A stretch of DNA of 58,394 bases from Octopus bimaculoides (Eukaryota). The notes under the pieces are model-generated. The model made no database searches, was not told the origin of the DNA, and saw only the letters and a program-made list of their open reading frames with translations. Positions 13,870-26,356 of this stretch are shown here, one piece after another. The stretch's first letter is position 1. Every line of letters starts with the position of its first letter. The stretch is from the NCBI RefSeq assembly GCF_001194135.2, contig NC_068990.1, positions 68,484,054-68,542,447 on the forward strand, in the 5' to 3' direction. The translations under genes and the position numbers were made by a program.

Positions 13870-15225
13870 TTGAGCTCGAGCTTTAAGATAAAGATGAATC
13901 CCAAGTCAGTTCCCTCGTTGATACGGTGTATACTTTCAGTACTGATATCAGAATGGAGTCCGGACTGAAAAAGTGTGGTGCATTAGTCTTGAAGAGAGGC
14001 AAAATTAAATATATAGACGGGCTAGCGATATCGTCAGGGGAGGTTATAAAGCAGGTAGAAGAGACGGGCTATAAGTACTTGGGGATATTGGAAAGGGATA
14101 AATTGATGGAGAAGAAATGACAGAAAAATTTAAGGTGGAGTACTTGCGCAGACTGAGACTGATCCTTAAGTCGAAATTAAGCGGACGGAATAAGATCGAA
14201 GCTATCAACACCTGGGTGGTTTCACTCCTGAGATATGGAGCTGGGGTAATTGCATGGACTGTAGACGAACTAAACAGTTTAGACAGATAGACAAGGAAGT
14301 TGCTGACTAGATATAGGGTACTTCACCCCAAAAGTGACACAGACAGACTGTGTGTACCAAGAAAAAGAGAGTGAAGAGGGCTGATTGGATGTGAACACAG
14401 CATTAGTGCAGAAGAAAACAACATAGTATGGTATATAAAAATGCCACAGAACCGCTAGTATTGGAAGTAAGGAGGTCAGGCTTGTGTAGGATGGAAGATT
14501 GCAAAGATAAAGCACTGTACAAGTACTTGAGAATGAATGAAACTGAAAATAGGTGAATAAAGAAAAGAACGCATGGATAATTTCATAGGGATATTGAAGA
14601 TGAGATAGACAGAGAAAAAAGATGGCTATGGATGACTAAAAGTGATTTAAAACCGGAAACAGAAGCTCTTATCTGTGCTGCCCAAGAGCAAGCATTAAGA
14701 ACCAATTACATCAAATACAGAATAGACAACACACCAGAAAGGGATAAGTACAAAATTTGTGGACAAAATGGTGAAACCGTATGGCATATTACCAGTCAAT
14801 GTACGCCACTAGCCCAGAAAGAATATAAGAGACGGCATGACAACATAGCAAGGATTGTCCATTGAAAATTTGCATTAACTATGGACTTGACAGAGCAAAA
14901 AGGTGGTACGAATATAAATCGAAAATGATAATGCAAAGATCCTGAGATTTTATGATTCAGTGCGACCATGAGAAGAGAATGGGAAACCAGACATAGTGTT
15001 AATTGAGAGAGAAAGCAAACGCTGCTGGATCATAGATATAGGATGTCCAGCTGACAACAAGGTATGCGATAAGGAAGAAAGAATGGTCGAGAGGTATGAC
15101 AGGTTAGCCTGGGAGGTTAAACAGTTGTGGCCGCTGAGAATGATGGTAGTAGTACCAATAATTGTCGGAGCTCTGAGAACAGTGAGTAAAAATCTTGACA
15201 AGTACATGGAACAAATAGGGGCTGC

Positions 15226-15226
<1 letters not shown>
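13870..15226 (+). mobile_element. R4/Dong-clade non-LTR retrotransposon, 5'- and 3'-truncated and frameshifted
   Basis: ORFs 13926-14120 (FSTDIRME.GLKKCG..GYKYLGILE), 14632-14865 (ETEALICAAQEQAL..KICGQNGETVWHITSQC..RRHDNIARIVH; CCHC knuckle) and 14996+ (PDIVLIE..IIDIGCPAD..KEE..Y..L..W..VVPIIVGAL; PD-(D/E)xK RLE). Flanked on both sides by (TAA)n. Confidence 0.9.
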
Positions 15227-15289
<63 letters not shown>

Positions 15290-15318
15290 TTGATGATGAC
15301 GATGATGATGATGATGAT
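15226..15318. repeat. Compound (AAT)n(GAT)n microsatellite
   Basis: Directly visible; source of the poly-I and poly-Y ORF artefacts. Confidence 0.97.
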
Positions 15319-15878
15319 ATTTCCTGATACAGTACCAGGCACTGGCTCTCATGGCTTCTGATCTTAACTGATTGGAAGTGTTATCATGCACATAGTTTTG
15401 TTTTGGTATAAAAGATGGGTTACAGCAAATATTCTGCTCAATACCATAGATTTGCTTGTCAGTTGCTTGACTTTAACAAGTTGAGCATGCCCCTTAGTGG
15501 CTGACGATATGTGCATCTCTGATCATGGGCAGGAGTAGTAGGGGAGCATGATAGCCATGTGTTTTAGAGGAATTCTTTGGGGTTTCAACAATTCACCTCT
15601 GGAAACATAGGTGCTGTGTTCATCATCCTCAAACAACTCTTACTCATGGACCTTTTCAGCGAGATGGGCTACTCGACCTAACGAAAATTCTAACTGGACT
15701 CCCACCTACAAGGTGATGCGCAGTTTGTCTTGATATGAGATCACTATGTCTTTCACATATGTTTGTGATGCATATGCCTGGTTTACCGTTATCAGGCAGG
15801 TAATCATGATCGGTATATTGAGCTTCGTATATTTGTACTCGTGTCACTTTGACAGCATGAACTGCTCTATCACTCAGT
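15310..15878 (-). repeat. Unclassified interspersed repeat ending in a (CAT)n tail (possible LINE 3' UTR or non-autonomous retroelement)
   Basis: High-complexity non-coding block. The minus strand ends ...GTATCAGGAAATAT(CAT)n, abutting the Dong (TAA)n tract. Confidence 0.5.
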
Positions 15879-15894
15879 AATTATAATAATAATC

Positions 15895-16102
15895 CATTCT
15901 ACTACAAGCACGAAACCTGAAATTTTAGGGAAGGGGCTAAGTCGATCACATCGACCCAAGTACTTGACCGGTACTTATGTTATGGACATCAAAAGGATGA
16001 AAGGCAAAGTCGACCTCGGCGGAATTTGAACTCAGAACGTAACGGCAGGAGAAATACCGCAAAGTATTTAGCCTGGCGTACTAACGATTCTGCCAGCTCG
16101 TC
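15895..16102 (-). mobile_element. SINE family A copy
   Basis: Reverse complement of the head, B box (GGAATTTGAAC on +) and tail; about 200 bp. Confidence 0.85.
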
Positions 16103-16289
16103 AATAACAATAATAATGACTCTATATCTTCAGGAGGAGTTACCATAATCATTACTATATTAAACAAAATGAAGTAGATTGAAAAATTAATTTTTTGAAC
16201 CAGTTGAAGACGCACGAGATGTCGAAATATCGTTCACTAGATAACAATGGCACTCTTTTAATTATTACTATTATTATTATTATTATTAA

Positions 16290-16500
16290 TAGCGACGGGC
16301 GACGGGCAAAATACAGCTAAGTATTTTGTCCAGAGCGCTAACGATTTTCCAGCTCGCCGTTTTAATAACTTAATAATAATAATAATAATAATAATAACAA
16401 TAATAATAATGCCGCCAGAGGGGTATCTGACGAGAATAATTGTTTCTAATTTAGACACAAGAAATCCAGCGACCTTGAGGAAAGAGAGTTATCCAGTACC
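16290..16500 (-). mobile_element. SINE-A head and tail fragments around a (TAA)n tract
   Basis: GCTAACGATTTTCCAGCTCGCC at ~16337-16358; tail-like fragment at 16440-16500. Confidence 0.55.
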
Positions 16501-17400
16501 ACCTACATTATCACTTAACCTTTTTCTCTAGCAGTGGTAGTAGCGGTAGCAGTAATAAGTGTACTAGAGTTAAGTCCTATAAATTTTGCCGTTTTTTATT
16601 TCACCTCTTCAGCCATCTTTTCATTTGTGTTTTTTTTTTTTTTTTTTTTTTTTTTTTGTCACAGTATGTGTGAACTCGGTGTTCATTTCACAGGGCCTAT
16701 TTATACGTTGTTAGAACATTTAACGAGAGACTTCAATGGCCTGAAGAGAACCTTTCATTTATAAAAGCTTAGTTTTTCTATAAAGAAAAGAAAAAAAACT
16801 TAAGTGTATTCTATTTTGAAATAGTATCTTAATATAACAGAAAATCTAAAACGGTTTGTAAAAAAATTAAACATGATATGAAATAAAATTATAAGATTTA
16901 AAGAAATAGAAAAGTGTTGTTTTTATTTGTTAAATCGAAAAATTATAGTTCAGAGTAGTATATTGGAATACAATTTTACAAACTCAGTGGAAACACTTCA
17001 CTTTGCTTCTGTGCCAACTAGAAACTAAATTATATTTCTGAAGATGAAAATTATAGACGTAGTGTCTGTTTAATTGAGGAAGTGGCGTGAGTTAAGTACG
17101 TTGAATCCTAATTTTTGACAAGACAGAAAAGCACGGGTCAGTACTTGTGAGGAAATGCTGCACGAAAAGGTTTGGGGTTGTAATATTGGCATTTGTGTCT
17201 CCAATCATTATTTATGAGCCAATGTCGCCTCAGCTCGCGAGGCTACCGTTGTTAAACTGAATCTCAACAGTGTTTGCGAGTTGTATTAGAAAAAAATAGT
17301 CTCCAGAAGCAGGTCGGTGGTGGACAGAGATCGACTTACTCCAGTACATTGCTGACACTTTATACACTAATTTCTGCAGGTAAAATTGACCTCGGTGGTA

Positions 17401-17469
<69 letters not shown>

Positions 17470-17983
17470 CTCTCTCTATATATATATACATATATATATA
17501 ATATAATATAGAATAAATTCTTTATAAGAATTTATCNNNNNNNNNNNNNNNNNNNNNNNNNNNNNNNNNNNNNNNNNNNNNNNNNNNNNNNNNNNNNNNN
17601 NNNNNNNNNNNNNNNNNNNNNNNNNNNNNNNNNNNNNNNNNNNNNNNNNNNNNNNNNNNNNNNNNNNNNNNNNNNNNNNNNNNNNNNNNNNNNNNNNNNN
17701 NNNNNNNNNNNNNNNNNNNNNNNNNNNNNNNNNNNNNNNNNNNNNNNNNNNNNNNNNNNNNNNNNNNNNNNNNNNNNNNNNNNNNNNNNNNNNNNNNNNN
17801 NNNNNNNNNNNNNNNNNNNNNNNNNNNNNNNNNNNNNNNNNNNNNNNNNNNNNNNNNNNNNNNNNNNNNNNNNNNNNNNNNNNNNNNNNNNNNNNNNNNN
17901 NNNNNNNNNNNNNNNNNNNNNAAAAAATAAAGTAATCTATTATTATATCGTCCGGGGTTTGGTTAAATCCAATACCCTCCTCA

Positions 17984-18028
<45 letters not shown>

Positions 18029-18330
18029 GTTGACTTTCCTGCTCGCATTTTTGATCGCGATAACCAATCTTCTTCCCTCCTTGATCTTTTTTAGGCATCA
18101 AATCCTGCTTTCAATAAGGTTTGTCATAATTCTCCACCCGGGCGATTTGATCATGTTGTTGTTTCCGTTGATGTTTCACTGAATTGTTCTACTGCCAAGG
18201 AGTTCCCAGTTCATCGTACTCTATTCAGCTATGATCGCGGTGACATGGACAATTTTCGCGACTTTCTTCTTGACGTTCCTTGGACTGATATTTTTGCTAA
18301 ACCTGCTGTGGTCTGCGCTGCGGAAGTTAC
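18029..18330 (+). mobile_element. CR1-group LINE fragment (end of the APE endonuclease domain and linker)
   Basis: One frame with one stop: VDFPARIFDRDNQSSSLLDLF*ASNP..SPPGRFDHVVVSVDVS..VHRTLFSYDRGDMDNFRDFLLDVPWTDIF, matching the LDL..SDH end of APE domains. Confidence 0.75.
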
Positions 18331-18401
18331 CACACACACACATACACACACACACACACACACAGATAGATAGATAAGTAGATAGATAGATAAGTAGATA
18401 T

Positions 18402-18465
<64 letters not shown>
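18330..18465. repeat. (CA)n(GATA)n compound microsatellite
   Basis: Directly visible. Similar GATA/TATC arrays at ~17400-17467, 33190-33250, 46700-46795 and 53530-53622. Confidence 0.95.
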
Positions 18466-18923
18466 CTACAAGGAGAGACCGATAGACAGAGAAGCGGCGG
18501 GCTATAAAGAACGTGAGCGTAAATGAGCAGTTCGGGTCAGTCTGCAGTCGTAGAACGCTTTTTAAAAATAATCTTAACACTTGAAGTATCATGTAACTGT
18601 TAATTACGTACTATTTTATGAGTAGCACGAAGTAACACAGAGAGAATTACAAGCATCTAGCTTTACCTAGAGGCTGTTAAATCTTGTTAAACCTTGTTAA
18701 TTAAATTAATACTTCAGAAATTAACAAATTCTACCACAGGCATATATGATATATTCTTCATCTTATCGGTGAACAATACAAGCATACATGTGTGTGTGCG
18801 TGCGCGTGTGTGTGTATATATACAAATATATATATATATATATATTCTACTAATCTATTTTCCTCTATATATTTACACACTCGTTTGTATGTATGTATAT
18901 GTATATATGTGTATGTGTATGTG

Positions 18924-18959
<36 letters not shown>

Positions 18960-20290
18960 GTATATGTATATGTATACACACATATCAGATTAAATTGGCT
19001 TTTATTCAATTAAAATATAAAATATCTTGCTTTGTTTTCTGATTAAACATTTAAACAACAATGACGTATGTGCAGAGGTGGAGCGGACTGATCGTAGGAG
19101 TGTGTACGAACGTGTGGGAGAACAGAAGTGAGACAGAATGCGCGTGGAGTAAAATTTAAATGAGAAATACATACATATACGCATACACGCGTGCACGCAA
19201 ACTCGCGCGCGTACACGCACACACACGCGCATACACACACATGTATGTAGGCATAAAAATAAACCTAGAGATATTTGAAACATAAATTTCTCTGAAATCA
19301 CCAGCTAGCATCCTCCTCTTAAATGATTTCATAGCATAATCACATCGTTATAACAGACTTCAAAGTATCCATTGCAGACGAACGTTTTTCAACATGCAAC
19401 ATTATCACACGAAAAAAATATTGATTCAATATTTCAAATGGTACAAATAAATAGTATTGATCAACTGATAGAGACCAAGAAATTATATCTGTGTATATGT
19501 GTGTGCTGTGATTTGTATGGGTATCTACGTAGATCTTTGGGAAGAAATATGCGCATATATATNNNNNNNNNNGCATATATATAGGCATATATATATATGC
19601 ATGTATATATATTTATATATGCATGCATATATATAGGCATATATATATATGCATATAAATATACGTGTAAGTATATATGTATGCATATCTGTGTATGTAT
19701 TTATATGAGGCGGTGAAATGAACGAGACTAAATATCTTTCCAATAAAGGAGAACTTGATTTCCCCATTAACGTTTGGATATCAACGTTTGGATATCAACA
19801 AAGAACACTCAATAGCTGCCATATTAATTCATATCGCAAATGCTTGCATATTTAAGCGATTTTATAAAACAGGCGATATTACATTAGAAAAGATGCTGTT
19901 GGTGCATCTCACACACACACATGCACACAAACTTACGCATGTTATTTTATATCGGTCAACTGAGAAACGAGTGCTCCAAAAATGTTGTAGAGGATATGGG
20001 TTGTTTTTGTTATTGAAGCTAAATCTGAACGTTTGTCTCGCAACTCGAGTTGCACACTTTTGAGATGATCAGGAAAAACTCGCAGTGGCGTAAAACTCGA
20101 GTTAGTAAACATGCAAGCATAACCAAAGACTTACACATGTGTCAATGAGCTGACACCGGCAGCTCACATACGCACGTACCCACATACCCATTCACATGTA
20201 CACACAGCAAACGCACACATATAAGCACCAGACACCCACCCTCGCGTACTCAAGCGGATATACGCATTAAAACACACACACACACGCACG

Positions 20291-20321
<31 letters not shown>

Positions 20322-20562
20322 ACACACGCACACGTACCGGCGTCTGGTGCCAATTAAAATTCTTACCCATGTCAGCCAAATACTAAGTTGACACAAACTT
20401 ACTGTCCAACCACGCGGTCAGAGTAATAGAGAATTGGGATTCTACTGGATGTATTTATTTGATGTCGTTAATTTTTAAATACCAATGTTATAGCGCCTTA
20501 ACCAACAGCAGTCAAATCTCCAACTCCAGTAGCCATCTGTCACATACACACACACACACACA

Positions 20563-20610
<48 letters not shown>

Positions 20611-21853
20611 TATAGGGTTGCCATTATATATTTTTAATTTCGTGCACAGTACAGTAGGTTCGGTTGGGCAGCTTCTGTTTAAAGAACAACACCATGATGC
20701 AACTCACTCTGCCAGAGATTTGGAAACGACACGCTCTACTGCTTGGCATTGGCGCCGGAAGCTCCAATACGTACATTTCAGAGTGTTTGGGTGTCAATCT
20801 GAGAACAGTGCAGAGGATTTGGAAAGAGTTGGATGAGTCTAATGGTGATTATGAAGGTACGGAAGCTTGGAAAACTCACTCTGATCGTTCTGATAAGAAC
20901 CCCTGAATTTATTGGTGAGATACAGGCCATGATTAACAACGGTCCCTCCAAGTCAGTCAGGTCCATTGCTAGGGACATGGAAGTGTCACACTTTCTTATC
21001 AGGCAGGTAGTGCATGAAGACATTCAATATTCCTCATACAAGATGAGAAAGGGCCAATTTTTATCCCAAGCCATCAAAGACAAGAGGAAAGACCGCACTA
21101 CGAAACTTTTCAACAAATTCAAGCAGCCCCTCCAACCAAACATGCTTTGGGTTTTTTTTTTGTGTCAGACGAAAAAATTTTCTGCCGAGACTAGATGGTG
21201 AACACACCGAACAACCGTTGACTTGCTGTGTCCCCAAAAGATGTACCGAGAGTGATAAAAATCAAACATCCAGTCGACATCATGGTACTTGGAGTGATCA
21301 CTAGTGATGGCAACGTTATTCCTCCATTCATCTTCCCACATGGCCTCAGAATCAACACGGAGGACTACATCAAGTGCCTTCAGAAAGTAGTGATGCCCTG
21401 GGACAAAAGGGTGACTACTAGAAGACCCTATGTCTGGCAAGAGGACTCTGCACAATGCCACATAAGCAGGAAAACCCAGTCATGGCTGTCAGACTATTTC
21501 TGCGACCACATCACACCTAACATCTGGACACCAAACTACCCAAACTGCAACTCCCTTGATTATTATGTGTGGAGCACATTTGAGCGAGACCAACAAAACT
21601 TCTTGTAACACCAAAGTTGGACTGAAGGTAAAGAAGATGGTGGCATTAACCGACTTAAACAGGGAGACTGTACGGAAGAATTGCAGCAAGTCCCGAAGTC
21701 ATCTGGAGGCAGTGGTTGAAACCAATGGTGATTTTATGGAATAAAGTTACTCTTTAGTATTTGAAGATATTTTTATGTAATTTTGGTAAATTTAACTGCT
21801 AAAATGAGATGTCAGTGTTATTTTCATTTTTGCATAATTTAGACGACAATATA
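20611..21853 (+). mobile_element. Tc1/mariner maT-type (DD37D) transposon, near full length, frameshifted
   Basis: N-terminal HTH (ISECLGVNLRTVQRI..; KSVRSIARDMEVS..IRQVV). D1 is in SDEK (21168), D2 in QEDSA (21444) and D3 in NSLDY (21558); 37 residues separate D2 and D3. The 3' end ATTTAGACGACAATATA matches the 5' TIR seen in the 40.2-kb copy. Confidence 0.9.
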
Positions 21854-22539
21854 TTCAGCGCAATTTATTCCCAGTTGGTAGGATCAACGGAACATCCTGC
21901 TCGTGAAATTAACTTGCAAGATGACTGAGCACTCCACAGACACGCGTATCTTTAACGTAGTTCTCAGGGAGATTCAACGTGACACAGAATGTGATATCGC
22001 TGGCCGTTTGAAATACAGGTACAACTCTTTAGTAATACCCTAACCACTGAATCACAGGCCTTCACTATATACATATNNNNNNNNNNNNNNNNNNNNNNNN
22101 NNNNNNNNNNNNNNNNNNNNNNNNNNNNNNNNNNNNNNNNNNNNNNNNNNNNNNNNNNNNNNNNNNNNNNNNNNNNNNNNNNNNNNNNNNNNNNNNNNNN
22201 NNNNNNNNNNNNNNNNNNNNNNNNNNNNNNNNNNNNNNNNNNNNNNNNNNNNNNNNNNNNNNNNNNNNNNNNNNNNNNNNNNNNNNNNNNNNNNNNNNNN
22301 NNNNNNNNNNNNNNNNNNNNNNNNNNNNNNNNNNNNNNNNNNNNNNNNNNNNNNNNNNNNNNATATATCCTGATATATTGATATATGCGTGCACGCTCAA
22401 ACAAATGCATTCGCTTCATTGTCTTCTTAAATCATTGCCAAATGTTTCAGCCTACATGGCCACGAAAACAAAACAAAAAACTACTTAATCTTGTACGCAA
22501 AGTCTATGTACACTGTTAAATAGAAGAGACGATTTGGAG

Positions 22540-23280
22540 AAGTTTGATGGGCCAGTCCACGTAAAAGAAAAGATGAATGAAGGCAGAGAGGAAGAAGGAA
22601 AGGAAGGAGAAGAGATTGAGTAAAAAACGATAAGAAAACGTGGCGGAAGAAGAACCTGCTAGCTAGGAAATAATAGGAGAGTAGGAGAGAAATAGAAAGT
22701 ATAGAGACACAAAAGTAATATTCGATAAAGGAAGGGCAATCACTATTAGAAAATTTAGTGGGGAGGCAATGGCCTGTAAAGATGGAGGATACTTGGCGAT
22801 AGTTTGAAGGAGAGTGAGTAAGGAGAACCGATTAGAACAGGGGTTTTCACACTTTTTGACTTGCGGACCCCTTTATATTTCTGGCTTTACCTTAGGGACC
22901 CCTTTATAAACGGTTATGAAATTTATACATAAATATTTGCTTAAAATAACATATATTTTTACATTTATGTATTTAACCGTATTTAACAAATAGGTTTATT
23001 GTCAATTAAAAGATTTCGATTAAAAAAAACATATATAAAATCAAATTGCCCATAAAAAGTATTTGCTGTCCACAGACACCCTGGCTTGTCCTTGCGGACC
23101 CCCTGTGGTCCACGGACCACAGTTTGAAAACCTCTGGATTAGAAGATAAAGTGGGATGTGATGTGGTAAAAATCGTGAGGTACATAGATAAGAAGAATAA
23201 GATGTCGGGAGATTTGAAAACTTAGGGTTATAGGAAGATACGAGCACGCGACAGTTTAACACTACATATTAGACAGAGAG
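22540..23280 (-). mobile_element. Probable degenerate LINE fragment, split by a hAT MITE
   Basis: Pyrimidine-rich minus strand with PKFSNLPTSYSS..RFLPHHI, resembling the CR1 pre-RT linker. The sequence reads continuously across the MITE insertion. Confidence 0.4.
22838..23136. mobile_element. hAT-type MITE (299 bp) with a perfect 8-bp TSD
   Basis: TIRs CAGGGGTTTTCA...TGAAAACCTCTG. TSD GATTAGAA at 22830-22837 and 23137-23144. Confidence 0.9.
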
Positions 23281-23329
23281 AATGTAAAACGCTTGTTCTG
23301 TAATAATAACGATTTGCTCTATTTTAGAT

Positions 23330-23510
23330 CAATTCAGGTGACCACACCAGATTTTGGTGTTGCTCCCAATGTCTTCTGGCTGTCTATTAATAACCTACTT
23401 ACTACCACAACAAAAGCTATCCACTCATATGCTAAGGCCTCGACCTTTCATTCATCTCTAATTTTCTCTAATCATACATCATCCACTCGTAATTTAGTCA
23501 CCACAACTTG
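23330..23510 (+). mobile_element. CR1-group RT core fragment (degenerate YADD region)
   Basis: APNVFWLSINNLLTTTTKAIHSYAKASTFHSS resembles the consensus PTLFLLFINDLL....IHSYADDSTLHSS. Confidence 0.6.
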
Positions 23511-23701
23511 AATCTGTATTGAGCCTAGAAACAGAGACAAAAGACAACAAAAACATTACAGGAAACAAAGCTCAAATGAGGCTCACAATGGAGTGCTGGT
23601 TCCACAAATGGTATTGTGTTGCTGTTATACTCATACATCCTAGACATTATTCAGAGAAGTGTTACACAACTGACTGGCATTAAATCGCTGATGGATACAG
23701 T

Positions 23702-24027
23702 GTGAAGGCGCGTGAGTTAGTAGTTAGGGTATTCGGCTCACAATCGTATGATAGTGAGCTCGATTCATTGTGGCGTGTTGTGTCCTTCAGCAAGACACTT
23801 TATTGCACTTTGCTCCAGTCTACTCACATGGCAAAATGAATAGAACCTGAATTTCAAAGGGCCACCCTTTCTCACATTGTGTACCCCGCTGACTCTTCCT
23901 GAAAACTACGTTATGGGTACGTGTGTTTGTGGAGTTCTCGGCCATTTGCACATTAATTTCACGATCAGGCTTTTCCGTTGATCAGATCAACTTGAACCCT
24001 CATCGTCGTAACCGAAAGAGTACCAGT
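23702..24027 (+). mobile_element. tRNA-derived SINE family C, full length
   Basis: Head GAAGGCGCGTGAGTTAGTAGTTAGGGTATTCGG, central GTGTCCTTCAGCAAGACACTTTATT, 3' end GTTGATCAGATCAACTTGAACC. Its 3' half recurs on the minus strand at ~21870-22030 and its 5' half at ~41690-41880. Confidence 0.82.
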
Positions 24028-24291
24028 GGTTGACACACTCCAGACTTTGACACACTGACATGCTGTCTCCTTTCTCTTTCTTTTCAAGCGCTTCTATAAT
24101 GGTCTCTTGCTCCTCGGTGCTGTTTTACCGTGCACCTCTTCCATTCACGAATCCCCAACCGTTTCGGCTCTTCGTCTCGTTACCTTTGTAACATTCAACT
24201 TCTATTCCTCTTCACAGACCATTACTTTCTGCCCTTCCTCTACAGAAAATTGTTCCTCTGAAATTTACTCTTGCTTATGTCTTCCCTACAG

Positions 24292-24419
24292 GTGTTGACC
24301 CAAAACATTCTAACGATAACGACATCAAGTTCATCAGAGAAGGAGAGTCTGCGAGAGTCATGAGTGCTTTCCCTTCCTCTGAACTCAGCGCGTACTTGAA
24401 TAGAATGAAACAAAAATAG
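24292..24419 (+). CDS. Candidate terminal exon (phase 1): VDPKHSNDNDIKFIREGESARVMSAFPSSELSAYLNRMKQK*
   Basis: Strong acceptor tttactcttgcttatgtcttccctacag| followed by 41 open codons and TAG. No homology recognised. Confidence 0.25.
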
Positions 24420-24739
24420 GTTGGTGCGTTTTGCCGTTAAGTAATTAACGCCAATAAGGAAGTGGTTACATGATTTTTATTTTTAGAAATTATTATTAAT
24501 AGAGATCAACTAATTTTAGTGAAGTAGCAACATGGGAAGAAGATGATATTTGACGTTGTTGAATGGATCGGGCCAACAATGTAAAACCAATTAACCATGG
24601 TCAAATAAAGCTATTGAAGCAAACACATACACACACTCACACACTGACAGATAGAAACACGAACACATATGTATGTATATATATATATATGCTGTAACAA
24701 ATATTTGCGCAAAACATACCCCATTAAGATCGGTAAACA

Positions 24740-26225
24740 AATCTAAGTGCAGAATCCCTTGCCATTGCATCACTCGAATCGAAAAAACATAACCTCCAAG
24801 AAAGCCTGATGACCATCATTAATAAACAAAGAGCAGCCGAGGAGAATGAGGCAATTGAGAAAATAAAACTCAATCCCAAAGTGTTCTTTTCTTTTGCAAA
24901 GAAAAAAAAACAAACATAAAGACGCTGTTTCCACTGTTGGTGCTCTGGTTGATGAAAACTACACTCTACATGATGACGCAAAATCCAATTGCGAAATAAT
25001 GTAGAAACAATACAGCTCTGTTTTCAGTAACGCTAATGCGGTTGGTCTGGCTAGTATCAGTGAAGTAAACCCTCAACTAACAATATCTGACATAACTTTT
25101 GGTGCTCCTGATATTCTAACAGAAATACATAAGATCAAGCACCACTTGGCATTAGGTTCCGATAGGTTCCTGGCCACTGTCCTGAAGATGTGTCGACATC
25201 AAATTTCACTTCTTCTAGCTAAACTCTGGAGGAATTCACTTGACGCAGGCGACATTCCTGATCCTTTTCTTCCCCAGTCTGTTGTTCCAGTTTTCAAAAA
25301 GGGAAACAAATCTCTTGTATTGAATTACCGTCCGATTTCTCTCACCTCTGATATCATTAAAGTATTTGAGAGGGTGGTGAGATCGCGAATAACCCACTTC
25401 TTCGAAGACAACAATCTGCTTGACCACAACAAGCATGGTTTCCGTGATGGCAGGGACTGCCTGTCGCAGCTTCTGCACCCTTTTGTTGACATTTTAAAAG
25501 CTTTGGGAGAGGGCTTTAACACTGACGTCATGCACATTGATTTCAGCAAGGCATTTGACGGAGGGGACCATAAAATCCTGCTAAAGAAACTGTCCAGTAT
25601 TGGATCCGTGGGAAGCTTCTGCAATGAATAAAGTGTTTTCTGACGAGCAGAACCCAAAATGTTGTGCTTGAGGGAATCTGGTCAAGCTCAGCCAAAGTCA
25701 GTGATGGTGTCCCACGAGGTACTGTGTTGGGTCCACTCGTCAATGACAGTAGACGTCATTAGACATTTTACATTGAAAATGTTTGCAGATGATTCCAAAC
25801 TCCAATGAGCAGAAAAGAACAATATGCTTCTAAATGAAGATAAGTTTAATTTGATCCACTTTGGAAAAGGGAATACTCTAAAACCTCGATATACCTTTCC
25901 CTCATGTGACTCTCTAATATCATCCAACAACACCAGAGACCTTGGAATAATTATTGATAACAATCTAAGCTGGCGTTCCCACGTAAACAGCAAGGTTGAC
26001 TTGACCTGCAAGATGTGCTTCTGGATTTTGAGAACTTTCTGGTCTAGAAATTCTCACACCATCATCCTTCTCTGCTCTACTTTTGCCCGACCTCACCTTG
26101 AATACTGTTGCCCACTGTGGTCTCCCCACGCGAAGCAACTCGTTATGAAAGTGGAAGTGCTCCAGAGAACAGTAACAAGAAAGATAGACGGCATGACAGG
26201 CGTTGACTATTCAGCTAGATTTACC
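24740..26225 (+). mobile_element. CR1-type LINE, reverse-transcriptase region, degenerate
   Basis: ORF 25146-25631 (VVPVFKKGNKSLVLNYRPISLTSDIIKVFER..HGFRDGRDCLSQLL..DFSKAFD). GVPRGTVLGP near 25705. MFADDSKL at ~25778-25801. ORF 25824-26303 (DLGIIIDNNLSW..RPHLEYCCPLWSP). Confidence 0.93.
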
Positions 26226-26322
26226 GGGACAATACAGAGAGGGAGAGAGGGAGAGAGAGGGATGGAGAGAGGAAAAGAGAAAGAGCGAGAGAGTAGGAGA
26301 TAGATAGATAATGTATGAGAGA

Positions 26323-26356
<34 letters not shown>

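Noticed and set aside
16665-16764. Acceptor after poly-T followed by MCELGVHFTG...
   Set aside because: The poly-T run may be a retroelement-tail remnant; no homology or linking exon.
19778-19799. 14-bp tandem duplication AACGTTTGGATATC x2
   Set aside because: Ordinary slippage-type micro-duplication with no further structure.
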